From: Candidatus Aenigmatarchaeota archaeon
GTDB taxonomy: Archaea > Aenigmatarchaeota > Aenigmatarchaeia > GW2011-AR5
Assembly: GCA_016187335.1 (NCBI GenBank)
Contig: JACPJW010000001.1
Location: 404,170 to 468,169, forward strand
DNA: 64,000 nucleotides
Reading direction: 5' to 3'
Made by a program: the position numbers and the translations under genes. The number at the start of each line of letters is the position of its first letter. The first letter of the stretch is position 1. Below, one piece after another: positions 1-9,431 of this stretch. The notes below the pieces were generated by a model. The model was not told the origin of the DNA. It saw only the letters and a program-made list of their open reading frames with translations, and did not search any database.

Positions 1-436
1 CGGCGGCTTTACTTTGTCCAGATCATGGATACCTATGGCTATTTTCTTTCTTTTCCTGCCGAAGGTCTCGTGTATCTTTTCCTGCAGCTGTATCAGCGAG
101 CCAATCACGTAATCGTTGAGCTTTGCATTGCGCACGACAGCGGCAACAACATAAGGCCTGGACTCAACATTTTTTGCAGCCAGCTTTATGCCGCTTGACT
201 TTGACTTGTATTTGGAAAGTCCCTTGCTCAACCCCAGAAACGTCCGCAAGGCACGCGCAAACCCCTCGGGGCTCAGCAAATCAGGCCTGTTAGGGAATAT
301 CTCGTAATAAATCTTGCCGTCTTCCAGCTTCTCAAAGGGGCATCCCATCATGGGTATCAGTTCCGTTAATTCCTTTTCTGATAACTTCTTGCCTACAAGA
401 TTTTCTAGGTCGCTCAGGAAAAATTCTACTACTGCC
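1..436 (-). CDS. pheT: Phenylalanyl-tRNA synthetase beta subunit, N-terminal fragment (gene runs off window start)
   Basis: Minus-strand ATG near 434; hand translation MAVVEFFLSDLENLVGKKL...IFPNRPDLLSPEGFARALRTFLGL resembles archaeal PheT N-terminus; starts a few nt before the pheS stop (operon-like overlap). Confidence 0.65.
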
Positions 437-1658
437 ATAACACCGCTTCCCTCAGCAATTTCAGGTCATTCTTGTAATAGAAATTCCTGATATCATTCAT
501 ACCCATCTTGAGCATTATCAGCCGCTCAAGTCCAAGCCCCCACGCAAGTACAGGAACGTCAATGCCTACGGCTTTGCACATTTCCGGCCTGAATATCCCG
601 GACCCGCCCATCTCAATCCACTCCCCCTTTTCTTCAAAATATATCTCCGGCTCCGTTGACATCTCCGTGTAAGGGAAGTAAGCCGGACGAAACCTTACTT
701 TGAAGCCCATCCTCTGGTAGAATTCCTTCAGGTAGCCCAGCAAATCGCGGAAACCTATGTTTTCATCAAGAACTATGCCTTCTATCTGGGTGAATTCTGC
801 CGTATGCTTGTAATCTATGCTTTCATTGCGAAATGTCTTGCCTATGCAGAAGACCTTTGCAGGCGGCGTAAGCTTGCTCATCTCGCGGATGGAAACTGCT
901 GTCGTGTGCGTCCTTAACACAGCTTGTTTTGCAATTTCCTCGCTCCATTTGTAGCGCCATCCCAGCGAGCCTGTGCCGCCTCCGTTTTCATGAGCAGCCT
1001 TGACCTGATTAACAAGATTTTTGTCAGGTAATTTACATTTTTTAGGGTTTTTCATGTAGAAAGTATCCTGCAATTCCCTGCCTGGATGATCCTGCGGCAC
1101 GAACAGCGCGTCAAAGTTCCAGAAAGAGCTTTCTATCAACGGACCCGACGCTTCCTTAAAACCGAGGTCAAAAAATATATCTCTTATTTTCTGGATATAG
1201 AAAGAAACGATATGCTTTTTGCCGGGCTGAATTTTCTGACCGGGAACTTCAACATTATACGGTCTGAATTTCCCTAGACGCCAGTCCCGGGTTTTTATCA
1301 TTTCTTCCGTAAGAAATATAATTTCCTTTTCAATTTTTCTCGATTTTTCCGCAAGCTTCCTCTGGATCAGGACAGAAAGGATGTTTTCGTCAACTTTCTC
1401 CCCTCTGGATATTTTCTCCAGCGCCAGCTGCTCGGGGAAGCTTTTCGGTTCTTTGGCAAGATGGATTTTGCCTCCCTTCACTTCCACCCAGCCCTTTTTC
1501 TTCGCCCATTGTATGGCTATGGAAAAATTCTTCATCCTCCCTTTCAGCAGGTCAAAGGAAACTGGACCCTCTATAAGCAGCTCAACAAGGTTTTTTTCAG
1601 GCAAGCCTTCTTCTAGGTATTCTTTGCCCTCCTCTGTCAGCGCATACATGATAATCAC
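429..1658 (-). CDS. pheS: Phenylalanyl-tRNA synthetase alpha subunit (archaeal/eukaryotic type)
   Basis: 409 aa ORF; class II aaRS core motifs (FRPAYFPYTEMSTEPE, GWGLGLERL) and archaeal PheS N-terminal domain. Confidence 0.9.
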   Translation of the reverse strand: MIIMYALTEEGKEYLEEGLPEKNLVELLIEGPVSFDLLKGRMKNFSIAIQWAKKKGWVEVKGGKIHLAKEPKSFPEQLALEKISRGEKVDENILSVLIQRKLAEKSRKIEKEIIFLTEEMIKTRDWRLGKFRPYNVEVPGQKIQPGKKHIVSFYIQKIRDIFFDLGFKEASGPLIESSFWNFDALFVPQDHPGRELQDTFYMKNPKKCKLPDKNLVNQVKAAHENGGGTGSLGWRYKWSEEIAKQAVLRTHTTAVSIREMSKLTPPAKVFCIGKTFRNESIDYKHTAEFTQIEGIVLDENIGFRDLLGYLKEFYQRMGFKVRFRPAYFPYTEMSTEPEIYFEEKGEWIEMGGSGIFRPEMCKAVGIDVPVLAWGLGLERLIMLKMGMNDIRNFYYKNDLKLLREAVLWQ

Positions 1659-1702
1659 TTGCTTTTCCGAGTCTTAAATATTGGATTCTGGTAAATTTTT
1701 TA

Positions 1703-2059
1703 TCAGCGGATAAATCCCCATCCACGTCTTCGAGGCATTTGATCTGGATTTTCTGCCTTTGGATAAGCAGCATGCAGGCACCCGCCTGTGCACTCATTAT
1801 CCAGTACAGGCCTTATACTTACCAGTTCATCTCCACGTACCAAACCAGCACGAATGACGGAACCATAAGGACATCCTTTATGGCATTTAATTCCTCTGAC
1901 AGTAGCGCCATCATATGTGACAGCTTCGCATTCATGCGTGCCCTCGGGTAGAGACGCTCCGGTCAATATAGTTGCCTTGTCTCTTCTACTTCCTGCTTGT
2001 TCTATTTGTTTTGCAATGTATCCGCTTATTCTTGGGATTCCGTTTCCATCTGAACTCAT
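1703..2059 (-). CDS. Small Cys-rich hypothetical protein
   Basis: 118 aa ORF upstream of pheS on the same strand; several Cys/His (HECE, CHKGCPYG, CTGGC) suggest metal binding; no family recognised. Confidence 0.4.
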   Translation of the reverse strand: MSSDGNGIPRISGYIAKQIEQAGSRRDKATILTGASLPEGTHECEAVTYDGATVRGIKCHKGCPYGSVIRAGLVRGDELVSIRPVLDNECTGGCLHAAYPKAENPDQMPRRRGWGFIR

Positions 2060-2317
2060 TTCTCAGCACCTCTTTTCTATTTTCCTGCCTAACTGCTTAT
2101 CGGGCACAGCAGAACGCTGTGCCTAGATGTAAAAGAAAAACTCAAAAAATTCCGTGCAGAAGTTAGACAAGAAATCAGTATAACAACTAATCAGAACATT
2201 CCGGTTTAGCGAAGAAATTGGTACGGCATCAGTCCACCCTTGTAACATAATAATGAAGCGCTCAAATATATAAATTTATCTGAGCCGCTTTTAAAAACAT
2301 CTTGGCAAAATAAGATT

Positions 2318-3778
2318 ATGTCAAATACAGCGGAGATAGAAAAGATAGCGCTGCGAAGAGGCTTTTTCTTCCCGTCATCAGAAATTTACGGGGGGCTGTC
2401 CGGCTTATATGATTACGGCCCTCTGGGAACGCTGATGAAAAGGAAATGGGAGGGACTGTGGAGAAGGTTCTTTCTCGGACTGGACGAGAATTTCTACGAG
2501 ATAGAAGCAGCTGACATAATGCATGAAGGAGTTTTCATTGCTTCCGGCCATCTTCAGAGCTTTGTTGACCCTGTCGTGAAATGCAAGAAATGCGGTTATG
2601 CGGAAAGAGCTGACCACATCCTCGAAGATGTCCTGCAGGAAAAGTTTGAAGGACTTTCGCCGCAGCAGCTTGACGAGATAATAAAGAAGCACAATATAAA
2701 ATGCCCGAAATGCGGCGGCGCGTTTCAGGAAGTTGGAATTCTGAATATGATGTTCCCGCTGAATGTCGGCGTGGACAAGCCAGCTCGTGCCTATCTAAGG
2801 CCCGAAACGGCGCAGGGTGCCTATGTAAACTTCCGTAGAGCCTTTGAGGTATTACGCAAAAAACTTCCGTTGGGCTTGGCAATTATAGGCAAAGCCTACC
2901 GCAACGAGATATCGCCGCGTAATCTGCTGATAAGGATGAGGGAATTCACGCAAGCAGAATTACAGATCTTTTTCAATCCGAAGAAAATAGACGAGCATCC
3001 TGATTTCAACGAAGTGAAGGATTACCCGTTGCGTATTTATTCCGAAGAAAAAAAGCTGAAGTTCACCGAAGAGCTGTCGTCCTCACAGGTTTGCAAGGAG
3101 CAGAATTTGCCGGAATTCTACGTTTATTACATGGCGAAAATCCAGCAGTTTTATCTTGACGTGCTCAAGATAGACCCCAAGAAATTCCGCTTTCGTGAAT
3201 TAAGCAAAGAAGAAAGGGCGTTTTACAACAAGTACCACTGGGATGTAGAGTTAGAGCTGAGCGATGGTTTCAGGGAAGTCGGCGGCATCCACTACAGGAC
3301 TGACCATGATTTATCAGGGCATCAGAAAGTGTCGAAGCAGGACATGTCTGTTTTTGCTGACGCCGAGAAGTTTGTTCCCCATGTCCTTGAACTGAGCTTC
3401 GGGGTGGACAGGAATATTTTTGCCCTGATGGATTTGTCTCTGAAGAAAGGAAAAGAAGGAATGATTTTCGCTTTCCCGAAGATAGCTGCGCCTTATGACG
3501 CTGCCGTGTTTCCGCTGGTAAGCAAGAACGGCCTTCCTGAAAAGGCCCGGGAAATATTCGGAATCCTCTCAGGCTTCACCATGCTGTACGACGAGTCAGG
3601 CAGCATCGGCCGCAGATACGCTCGGCAGGACGAGGCAGGAACGCCTTTCTGCATCACCGTGGACCATCAGACGCTTGAGGACAATACCGTCACGGTCCGC
3701 GACAGGGATACTACAAAGCAGGTAAGGGTGGGCATAAACGAGCTAGCAGAAAAAATATCAGAAATGCTTTCCGAATAG
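2318..3778 (+). CDS. glyS: Glycyl-tRNA synthetase (archaeal/eukaryotic-type class II)
   Basis: 486 aa; N-terminal GFFFPSSEIYGGLSGLYDYGPLG signature and class II motifs; TATA-like AAATATATAAATTTAT about 40 nt upstream. Confidence 0.9.
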   Translation: MSNTAEIEKIALRRGFFFPSSEIYGGLSGLYDYGPLGTLMKRKWEGLWRRFFLGLDENFYEIEAADIMHEGVFIASGHLQSFVDPVVKCKKCGYAERADHILEDVLQEKFEGLSPQQLDEIIKKHNIKCPKCGGAFQEVGILNMMFPLNVGVDKPARAYLRPETAQGAYVNFRRAFEVLRKKLPLGLAIIGKAYRNEISPRNLLIRMREFTQAELQIFFNPKKIDEHPDFNEVKDYPLRIYSEEKKLKFTEELSSSQVCKEQNLPEFYVYYMAKIQQFYLDVLKIDPKKFRFRELSKEERAFYNKYHWDVELELSDGFREVGGIHYRTDHDLSGHQKVSKQDMSVFADAEKFVPHVLELSFGVDRNIFALMDLSLKKGKEGMIFAFPKIAAPYDAAVFPLVSKNGLPEKAREIFGILSGFTMLYDESGSIGRRYARQDEAGTPFCITVDHQTLEDNTVTVRDRDTTKQVRVGINELAEKISEMLSE

Positions 3779-3804
3779 ATTTTTGATTAAACTTTTTAAA
3801 AAGT

Positions 3805-4947
3805 TCACCTGAACTTTCTCAGCTGCCCGCTTTTCTTGGCGGCTTCGTGCCTTTGTACCTTCCCGTATTTTTTCTTTATTTCCCGTTCCAGCTTGCCCAG
3901 AACATCCTGCGCAACGTCAAGAGGCTTCCAGCCCATTGAGTGAGACACGAAAAGCCCCAGCGGCGTGCCTATTCTCGCGCGCATCACATAGCGGATTTTC
4001 TTATCGCCACCGCCATGGTCGTTCTGCCTCTCTACATGAACAAAGAGATATTGTACGCTGTCCATCATCCTCCCGATTTTCTGGACAAATCTTGTTGTTG
4101 CCTCGTCCACGCCGGCAATCAGTTCGCTGCTTTCGCCGTGAAGCCCAGTGACTTGCACGTAAACCTGTTTTTTAGGGCCTGAAACGAGCAGTTCAAGGAT
4201 ATCCTTTGGGGTTATTATTCCCGGCTCGCCGTTCATGACGATAACTTCTTCGCTTTTCTGCAGTAAGTCCAAAGCCCTTTCCAGAGGAGAGTTTTCTTTC
4301 AGTATGGCAGCAGCATGCATGAAAGATTCCACGCCAGCACTTTCAGTGGACATCTTTTCGCTGGCGCCCCGCTCCTTTGTTTTTCCTCTCATCTCCATTT
4401 TTTCTTTTCCTTCGAGCAGCTTTATCATGTCCAGCGTCCCTACGACCCCGAGAACCTTTTGGCCGTCGATAACAGGGACGCGCGATACGTTTTTGTTGAA
4501 CATGATTTTTTTGACTTTCCCGGCATTGTCACCTTTCGACACGCACTCACACTTGACAGCAATATCCCCGCAGGTTTTCTTCGTGTTCATCAGTTTTGAT
4601 GCAACCTTGACAACATCATATTCGGAAACAATACCCACCAGATTCCCTTTGTCCACAACAGGAACAGCCCTTAATCCCGTGTTCAGTAGGAGTTCTATGA
4701 TTTTCTGCAAGTCATGCTCCGGCGAAGCAGTGGAAGTGCTCGTTACGTAGTTCTCAACCTTTGTTGACTGTATGTCTATGTCCTTTGTAACAATGTTTTT
4801 CAATTCAAGCAGCCCGAGAACATTCTTCCCTTCAACGACAGGAAGCCGGTGGATATTGTATTTTTTCATCTTGGCCAATGCCGTGTTCAATGTGTCGCCC
4901 CTTCCGCAGGTTATCACGTTTCTGGTCATGATTTCGCTTACTTTCAT
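3805..4947 (-). CDS. CBS-domain protein (tandem CBS pairs plus C-terminal domain)
   Basis: 380 aa; repeated CBS-like segments (RLPVV, RAVPVVD, RVPVID with hydrophobic cores). Confidence 0.7.
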   Translation of the reverse strand: MKVSEIMTRNVITCGRGDTLNTALAKMKKYNIHRLPVVEGKNVLGLLELKNIVTKDIDIQSTKVENYVTSTSTASPEHDLQKIIELLLNTGLRAVPVVDKGNLVGIVSEYDVVKVASKLMNTKKTCGDIAVKCECVSKGDNAGKVKKIMFNKNVSRVPVIDGQKVLGVVGTLDMIKLLEGKEKMEMRGKTKERGASEKMSTESAGVESFMHAAAILKENSPLERALDLLQKSEEVIVMNGEPGIITPKDILELLVSGPKKQVYVQVTGLHGESSELIAGVDEATTRFVQKIGRMMDSVQYLFVHVERQNDHGGGDKKIRYVMRARIGTPLGLFVSHSMGWKPLDVAQDVLGKLEREIKKKYGKVQRHEAAKKSGQLRKFR

Positions 4948-4970
4948 GAAAACACCTAGGGTTTATGCCT

Positions 4971-4989
4971 TACTCTATAGAATAGAGTA
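4971..4989. promoter_or_regulatory. Perfect inverted repeat TACTCTAT-AGA-ATAGAGTA in divergent promoter region
   Basis: Lies between divergently transcribed CBS gene and DAHP synthase gene, next to A/T-rich TATA-like AAATAAATTTATA. Confidence 0.4.
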
Positions 4990-5054
4990 AATAAATTTAT
5001 ACAGATGAAATCTGGGAAAAATTTCTTTTTAAGGTTAATTGTTGTCGTTTATTT

Positions 5055-6335
5055 ATGGCTAAAGACGGTAAATCCAAAAAAGAACATGTAAGAGTCATGG
5101 TAAGAAATTTTGAAGTAGGTAGTGACGAATTATTCATAATAGCAGGCCCTTGTTCTGTTGAAAGCCGAGACCATATCATAGAAATGGCTTATTTAGTTAG
5201 AGGTGCTGGTGCTGATGCCCTACGTGGCGGTGCTTTCAAACCACGCACAGAAGCTGGTAAATTTGATGGCTTGAAAGAAAATGGTTTAAGGTATCTGGTT
5301 GAAGCTAGAGAAAAGACAGGATTGCCGATAGTTACTGAGATAATGGCAATAGAAGATATCCCATTATTTCAACAATACGGTGTTGATGTATATCAAGTAG
5401 GAACAAGAAATGCCCAGAACTTCCCCCTATTACATGCACTCGGAGATCTTGGTGTAACTGTTTTGCTGAAGAGAGGAATGGGAAACAAAGTTGAGGAATG
5501 GCTAGGTGCTGCAAGTCATGTAGTTTCAAGAAGGAATAAAAATCTGATTTTGTGTGAACGAGGAGTGTCTACATTTGATTCTAAGTTATTCAGAAACATG
5601 GCGGATATTGCAGGAATGGCTTACGCAGAAATGGAAGATAAATATCCGGTTTTATTTGACCCAAGCCACGCAACCGGTATTAGAAAACTTGTTCGTCCAA
5701 TGTCTCGCGCTGCTGTTACAGCAGGCGCTGACGGGCTTTTAATAGAAGTTCATGATGATCCGAATTACGCAAAAACAGATGGTCAACAGAGCATATACCC
5801 ACGTGAGCTTGAATTTTTAATAAAGGAAGCTAGGCGACTTAGAGCAGAATATATTGATTCGACGGCAGGACATGAAAAATGGATGGAAAAGCTGCAACCT
5901 AACATGACAATATACTTTCAGAAGGAATATCTAGATGATGTATGCGCTTTATTGGGATCTGATGCAGAGAGATTGAGGGTCAGGTCATACGGAGAAGACA
6001 CAGGAATTCTTCAGGCAAGGGTAAAGACAGGTCATGTAGGAAAATTAAAACAAAAAGGCGGTTATGCTATCGGAAGACTTTCGATGTGGAGTTCAGGTCC
6101 TGGAGAACCAGCTACAATACCGATGGCGAGTGTTGAGGCAGGGGGTCAACCAAAAACAATTCTAACCCTTTACGACAAAGAATTATTAGAAGACGCAGGT
6201 AAAAAGACAATAGACCAACGATACACACATCTTAGAAGATTACAAGTGAGACAATCGCACCCGGGAGATTTAGAACTTATAGCAAAAGCCTTTACGACTT
6301 ATACGGATAGACCTCTTATTCTATATCAACCATAG
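5055..6335 (+). CDS. 3-deoxy-7-phosphoheptulonate (DAHP) synthase, KDO8P-synthase-like class, with ~165 aa C-terminal extension
   Basis: 426 aa; FIIAGPCSVES and DPSHATG motifs typical of class I-beta DAHP synthase; codon third positions visibly more A/T-rich than neighbours. Confidence 0.75.
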   Translation: MAKDGKSKKEHVRVMVRNFEVGSDELFIIAGPCSVESRDHIIEMAYLVRGAGADALRGGAFKPRTEAGKFDGLKENGLRYLVEAREKTGLPIVTEIMAIEDIPLFQQYGVDVYQVGTRNAQNFPLLHALGDLGVTVLLKRGMGNKVEEWLGAASHVVSRRNKNLILCERGVSTFDSKLFRNMADIAGMAYAEMEDKYPVLFDPSHATGIRKLVRPMSRAAVTAGADGLLIEVHDDPNYAKTDGQQSIYPRELEFLIKEARRLRAEYIDSTAGHEKWMEKLQPNMTIYFQKEYLDDVCALLGSDAERLRVRSYGEDTGILQARVKTGHVGKLKQKGGYAIGRLSMWSSGPGEPATIPMASVEAGGQPKTILTLYDKELLEDAGKKTIDQRYTHLRRLQVRQSHPGDLELIAKAFTTYTDRPLILYQP

Positions 6336-6944
6336 TCAAGGCTTATGTCTTGTAATAGCGTAGTAGGTCACGTCTCCTTCGTTATCCACAATCGCCCATA
6401 ACATCCTTGCTCGTATGTTGTGGGCAAGCCTGACAGAGCGCGAAAGTTCCTGGAACGACATGGTGAAATCCTCCGGCACCGAGAAAACTATCCATTTCGT
6501 GTGCTCTTTGGCGGATTTCGGCCCTTTCTTCAGCTGCACGCCCCTTTCATACACGCGGAAGTCGCAGCCGAACTTGAATCCTGTCCTGACAAGCAGCCCG
6601 CGCTCCCTGAGGTCTTCGTAAACGCGGTAGCGCTCCGTGAACCTTTTGTCCAGAGCAGAAGAATGCCTGAACAGCTCGTCGAATGTTATTTGTTTCTTGC
6701 TGCTGTCAAAGACCCTTATCCTGCCGCGCTTCAGCAGCAGGCACGCTTCTACCAGAGCCAGTTCAAGCCTGTCAGGAAGAATTTTGCCGTAATAGCCGGG
6801 CTCGTAAACGCTTTCAAAGTTTTTCCATGCAACTGCTTTGTTCTCTTCCAGCGTTGTATCCACAACTTCTTTGAAAGGCTCCGGCTCCACGTATTCCGGT
6901 CTATCCTCTTCAGAATCATGCTTTTTCTTGGACATTTTGAACAC
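6336..6944 (-). CDS. endA: tRNA-splicing endonuclease subunit
   Basis: 202 aa; GFKFGCDFRVYERG and EHTKW segments match the EndA catalytic-domain fold (Tyr/His/Lys region). Confidence 0.7.
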   Translation of the reverse strand: MFKMSKKKHDSEEDRPEYVEPEPFKEVVDTTLEENKAVAWKNFESVYEPGYYGKILPDRLELALVEACLLLKRGRIRVFDSSKKQITFDELFRHSSALDKRFTERYRVYEDLRERGLLVRTGFKFGCDFRVYERGVQLKKGPKSAKEHTKWIVFSVPEDFTMSFQELSRSVRLAHNIRARMLWAIVDNEGDVTYYAITRHKP

Positions 6945-7079
6945 CTGAGAGGATTATGGATTACCAAAGCCTAGAGTATTCCTTATCATCAATGAAAATT
7001 ATTTCCGTTTGACAGAAGCAAGGTATGGGTCTATGCCCCCTTACTTCATGTTTTTGTTTTTATGACAAAGCTTAAAAGA

Positions 7080-7643
7080 TTAAGCGTAGTTTGTCTCGCC
7101 CGTTGCGCAATTGACGGTCAGATTTCCGCTGCATATGATTTTGTCATTCTCGATGCGCCACTGCTTCACCGTTGCGCTGTCCACATCGGATATTGTGCAG
7201 CATATGGATTTCACTGAGTTTTTCACAAGGTTCTTGTAGCCTATTGCAGATGCAGACTGGTTGGATTTTATGCTGTTTAACTCATTTCTGCATTCGTTCA
7301 GGCTGCTTTCCGACGAAGTTCTCAGGCTTGACAAATCGCCCTCGCACTTGCCAAGGCTTGCCGAATTACTCTGCAGATTCCCGGAACACTCGTTATAAAG
7401 AGCCGTTTTGTCATTAAGGCTTTTTGCGCAATCCACGCGCGCAGTTGAAATAATCTTCAGGTCCTCTTTGGTGTTGTTGAGCTCCGATTCAAGCTTTGTG
7501 GTGTAGGTCGTGTAGCCTGTAAAAACAGTTCCTACGGAATAAAGCACAAAAACAACAAGCACGGCAATAAGCGCGATTCCTATTTTTTTAGTATCTATAT
7601 TCATCTTGCCCGGCGGCGCGTATTCGTAACCCATAATTACCAT
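7080..7643 (-). CDS. Membrane-anchored Cys-rich extracellular protein
   Basis: 187 aa; N-terminal TM helix (IGIALIAVLVVFVLYSVG) followed by Cys-containing repeats. Confidence 0.5.
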   Translation of the reverse strand: MVIMGYEYAPPGKMNIDTKKIGIALIAVLVVFVLYSVGTVFTGYTTYTTKLESELNNTKEDLKIISTARVDCAKSLNDKTALYNECSGNLQSNSASLGKCEGDLSSLRTSSESSLNECRNELNSIKSNQSASAIGYKNLVKNSVKSICCTISDVDSATVKQWRIENDKIICSGNLTVNCATGETNYA

Positions 7644-7743
7644 TTCGCCGGGGCGATATTAATAGGTTGCCTTTAGAAAGCAGCAAAGAAAGCGTAATGC
7701 GGGTGTGATTTAACCCTTTTAGAAAAAGCGTCACGGAAAAAGA

Positions 7744-7980
7744 TGGGAAGGGAGGGATTTCCAGAACTTTTCATCGTTTTCCTCGAAGAACATCAGTTCT
7801 TCGGTATCTCGGAGAACTATCGTTCTCCGCAGATGATCGAACTTTTCTGAAAAGTTCGTTTGGACCCTCGACATTCCCGGCGTAGCACCAATCAAGTGCT
7901 ATGCTCCACGGTCTTCAGCCGTGTGCTCTCCCAGGCTTTGCCAACCGAAAAAATCATTCTCGGTTTTGAGCTACCTTCCC
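7744..7980 (-). tRNA. tRNA-Phe (anticodon GAA) with three putative introns (D-loop, variable loop, T-loop)
   Basis: Minus-strand acceptor GGGAAGG/CCTTCCC with discriminator A; D-stem GCTC/GAGC with AGCCUGGGA loop; anticodon arm CACGG-CUGAAGA-CCGTG; exons sum to about 73 nt; T-loop junction uncertain. Confidence 0.5.
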
Positions 7981-8399
7981 ATGGATGGAAAATATACTTT
8001 TTTCGTTTTCAAAGCTTCCAACGCTATTTTTACCGGTTCGAAAAGCGGTTTAGGCAGATTTTTCAGGTCAAACCACTTAAGTTCGCTGATATTTTCTTTG
8101 TCGACAATCCTTGGCTTGCCGGATTTTATTTTCGCAGTAAATTCCACATCAACGTAGTGTTTTTTGCCGTATTTCATTATGTCGCTGATGCACAGCAGCC
8201 TTAGATTACCGACTTCAAGTCCGACCTCTTCCTTTACCTCTCTCTTGGCGCATTCTTCCAGCGTCTCGCCAAATTCAACATGGCCGCCGAACCCTGACCA
8301 TTCTCCTTCGCCGTGAGAGCCCTTTCTCCTGCCCAGCAAAATCTTGTTGCCCTGTATTATCTGGCATCCTACGCCTACCAGAGGCCTTTCCTTTCTCAT
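7971..8399 (-). CDS. NUDIX hydrolase
   Basis: Nudix box GGHVEFGETLEECAKREVKEEVG; start taken at the internal Met (MRKERPL) because the track ORF extends over an upstream tRNA. Confidence 0.75.
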   Translation of the reverse strand: MRKERPLVGVGCQIIQGNKILLGRRKGSHGEGEWSGFGGHVEFGETLEECAKREVKEEVGLEVGNLRLLCISDIMKYGKKHYVDVEFTAKIKSGKPRIVDKENISELKWFDLKNLPKPLFEPVKIALEALKTKKVYFPSMGR

Positions 8400-8402
8400 G
8401 AG

Positions 8403-8521
8403 CGCCCCGGGACGGACTCGAACCGTCGACCTTCTGCAATTAGTCAAGAAATCCAAAAACTTGCTTGACTGTTAACAGCCAGACGCTTTAGGCGTCTATC
8501 TACCTGCTGAGCTACCAGGGC
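8403..8521 (-). tRNA. tRNA, anticodon unresolved, with D-arm intron and a second 27-nt hairpin intron
   Basis: Minus-strand 5' GCCCTGG TAGCTCAGCAGGTAG and 3' GACGG-TTCGAGT-CCGTC-CCGGGGC-G; removing a 19-nt hairpin restores D-stem GAGC; two parses give 73-nt exons but neither yields a canonical anticodon loop. Confidence 0.5.
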
Positions 8522-8558
8522 ATGCGTAGAAATAATCTGAGAATTAATATTTAAAACG

Positions 8559-9407
8559 TTAGAAGAAAGGCCTTATTACAAGCGCGGTTCCTGCGATAAT
8601 GAACAATGCGCCAATGAGCCTTCTTATCAGGTCTCCTTCCTTGTGGAACAGGTATCCGCCGAGAACGCTTATGACAATGCTCATCTGAACTACTATGGCT
8701 ACGTTGCTCACGTCCGTCAAATTATACGCCGTTATCTGCGAGAAATACCCGGCGGCAGCCAGCAAAGAAACGGCTATCATAGGCATTTTCATCTTATGAA
8801 ATGAAGCCTTAACTCTGTCGGCCCTGCCAAGCGCGGCTGGGGTAAGTATCATTGTAGGAAAAAGAAATACGAGAAATCCGTAGAATGCCGGGGTGAAATA
8901 AGCCAGACCTGTTTTGTCGATTACCGCTACCAAGCCCATAAGAAATGCGTTAATCAAAGTCAGAATTATACCCTTCTTGGAAATCCTTTTCAGCGGGTCT
9001 TTGTGCCATGCAAGGATTACAGCGCCTATCAGCAGCAAAAAGACGCCGAGGAACTTGTTAATCGTTAGCGATTCCTTCAGAATCAGCATAGAAAATATCA
9101 GCGTGAATAAAACGCTGGTCTTGGACAGCGGATCCCTTACAGAAATATCAGTATGCTTGTAAGCTTCGAGGCCCGTCACGTTGGCCAAAACGTACAATGA
9201 ACTCGCAAGCAGGACAATCAGCCACGCAATGTAGCTGGGCGGGAAGCTGGCTTCCCTCACAAACAGGAGAAAAAAGAAAGCCGCTGAAAAGACGTTGAAG
9301 AACCATGCATACACTATGGTGTTTTCCGTCTTCATTATATGCTTCTGGACAAGATTCCCCGCGCCGTAGCAAAGAGCCGCGAAAAGCGCGAGCAGTTCCC
9401 ATGACAT
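8559..9407 (-). CDS. EamA/DMT-family membrane transporter
   Basis: 282 aa, about 10 predicted TM helices in two-repeat arrangement typical of drug/metabolite transporters. Confidence 0.75.
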   Translation of the reverse strand: MSWELLALFAALCYGAGNLVQKHIMKTENTIVYAWFFNVFSAAFFFLLFVREASFPPSYIAWLIVLLASSLYVLANVTGLEAYKHTDISVRDPLSKTSVLFTLIFSMLILKESLTINKFLGVFLLLIGAVILAWHKDPLKRISKKGIILTLINAFLMGLVAVIDKTGLAYFTPAFYGFLVFLFPTMILTPAALGRADRVKASFHKMKMPMIAVSLLAAAGYFSQITAYNLTDVSNVAIVVQMSIVISVLGGYLFHKEGDLIRRLIGALFIIAGTALVIRPFF

Positions 9408-9431
9408 TAGAATACCTTGAGAAACAGGCTT

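Noticed and set aside
7860-8204. 114-aa plus-strand ORF
   Set aside because: Antisense to the NUDIX gene and tRNA-Phe; the minus-strand NUDIX ORF has a clear Nudix box
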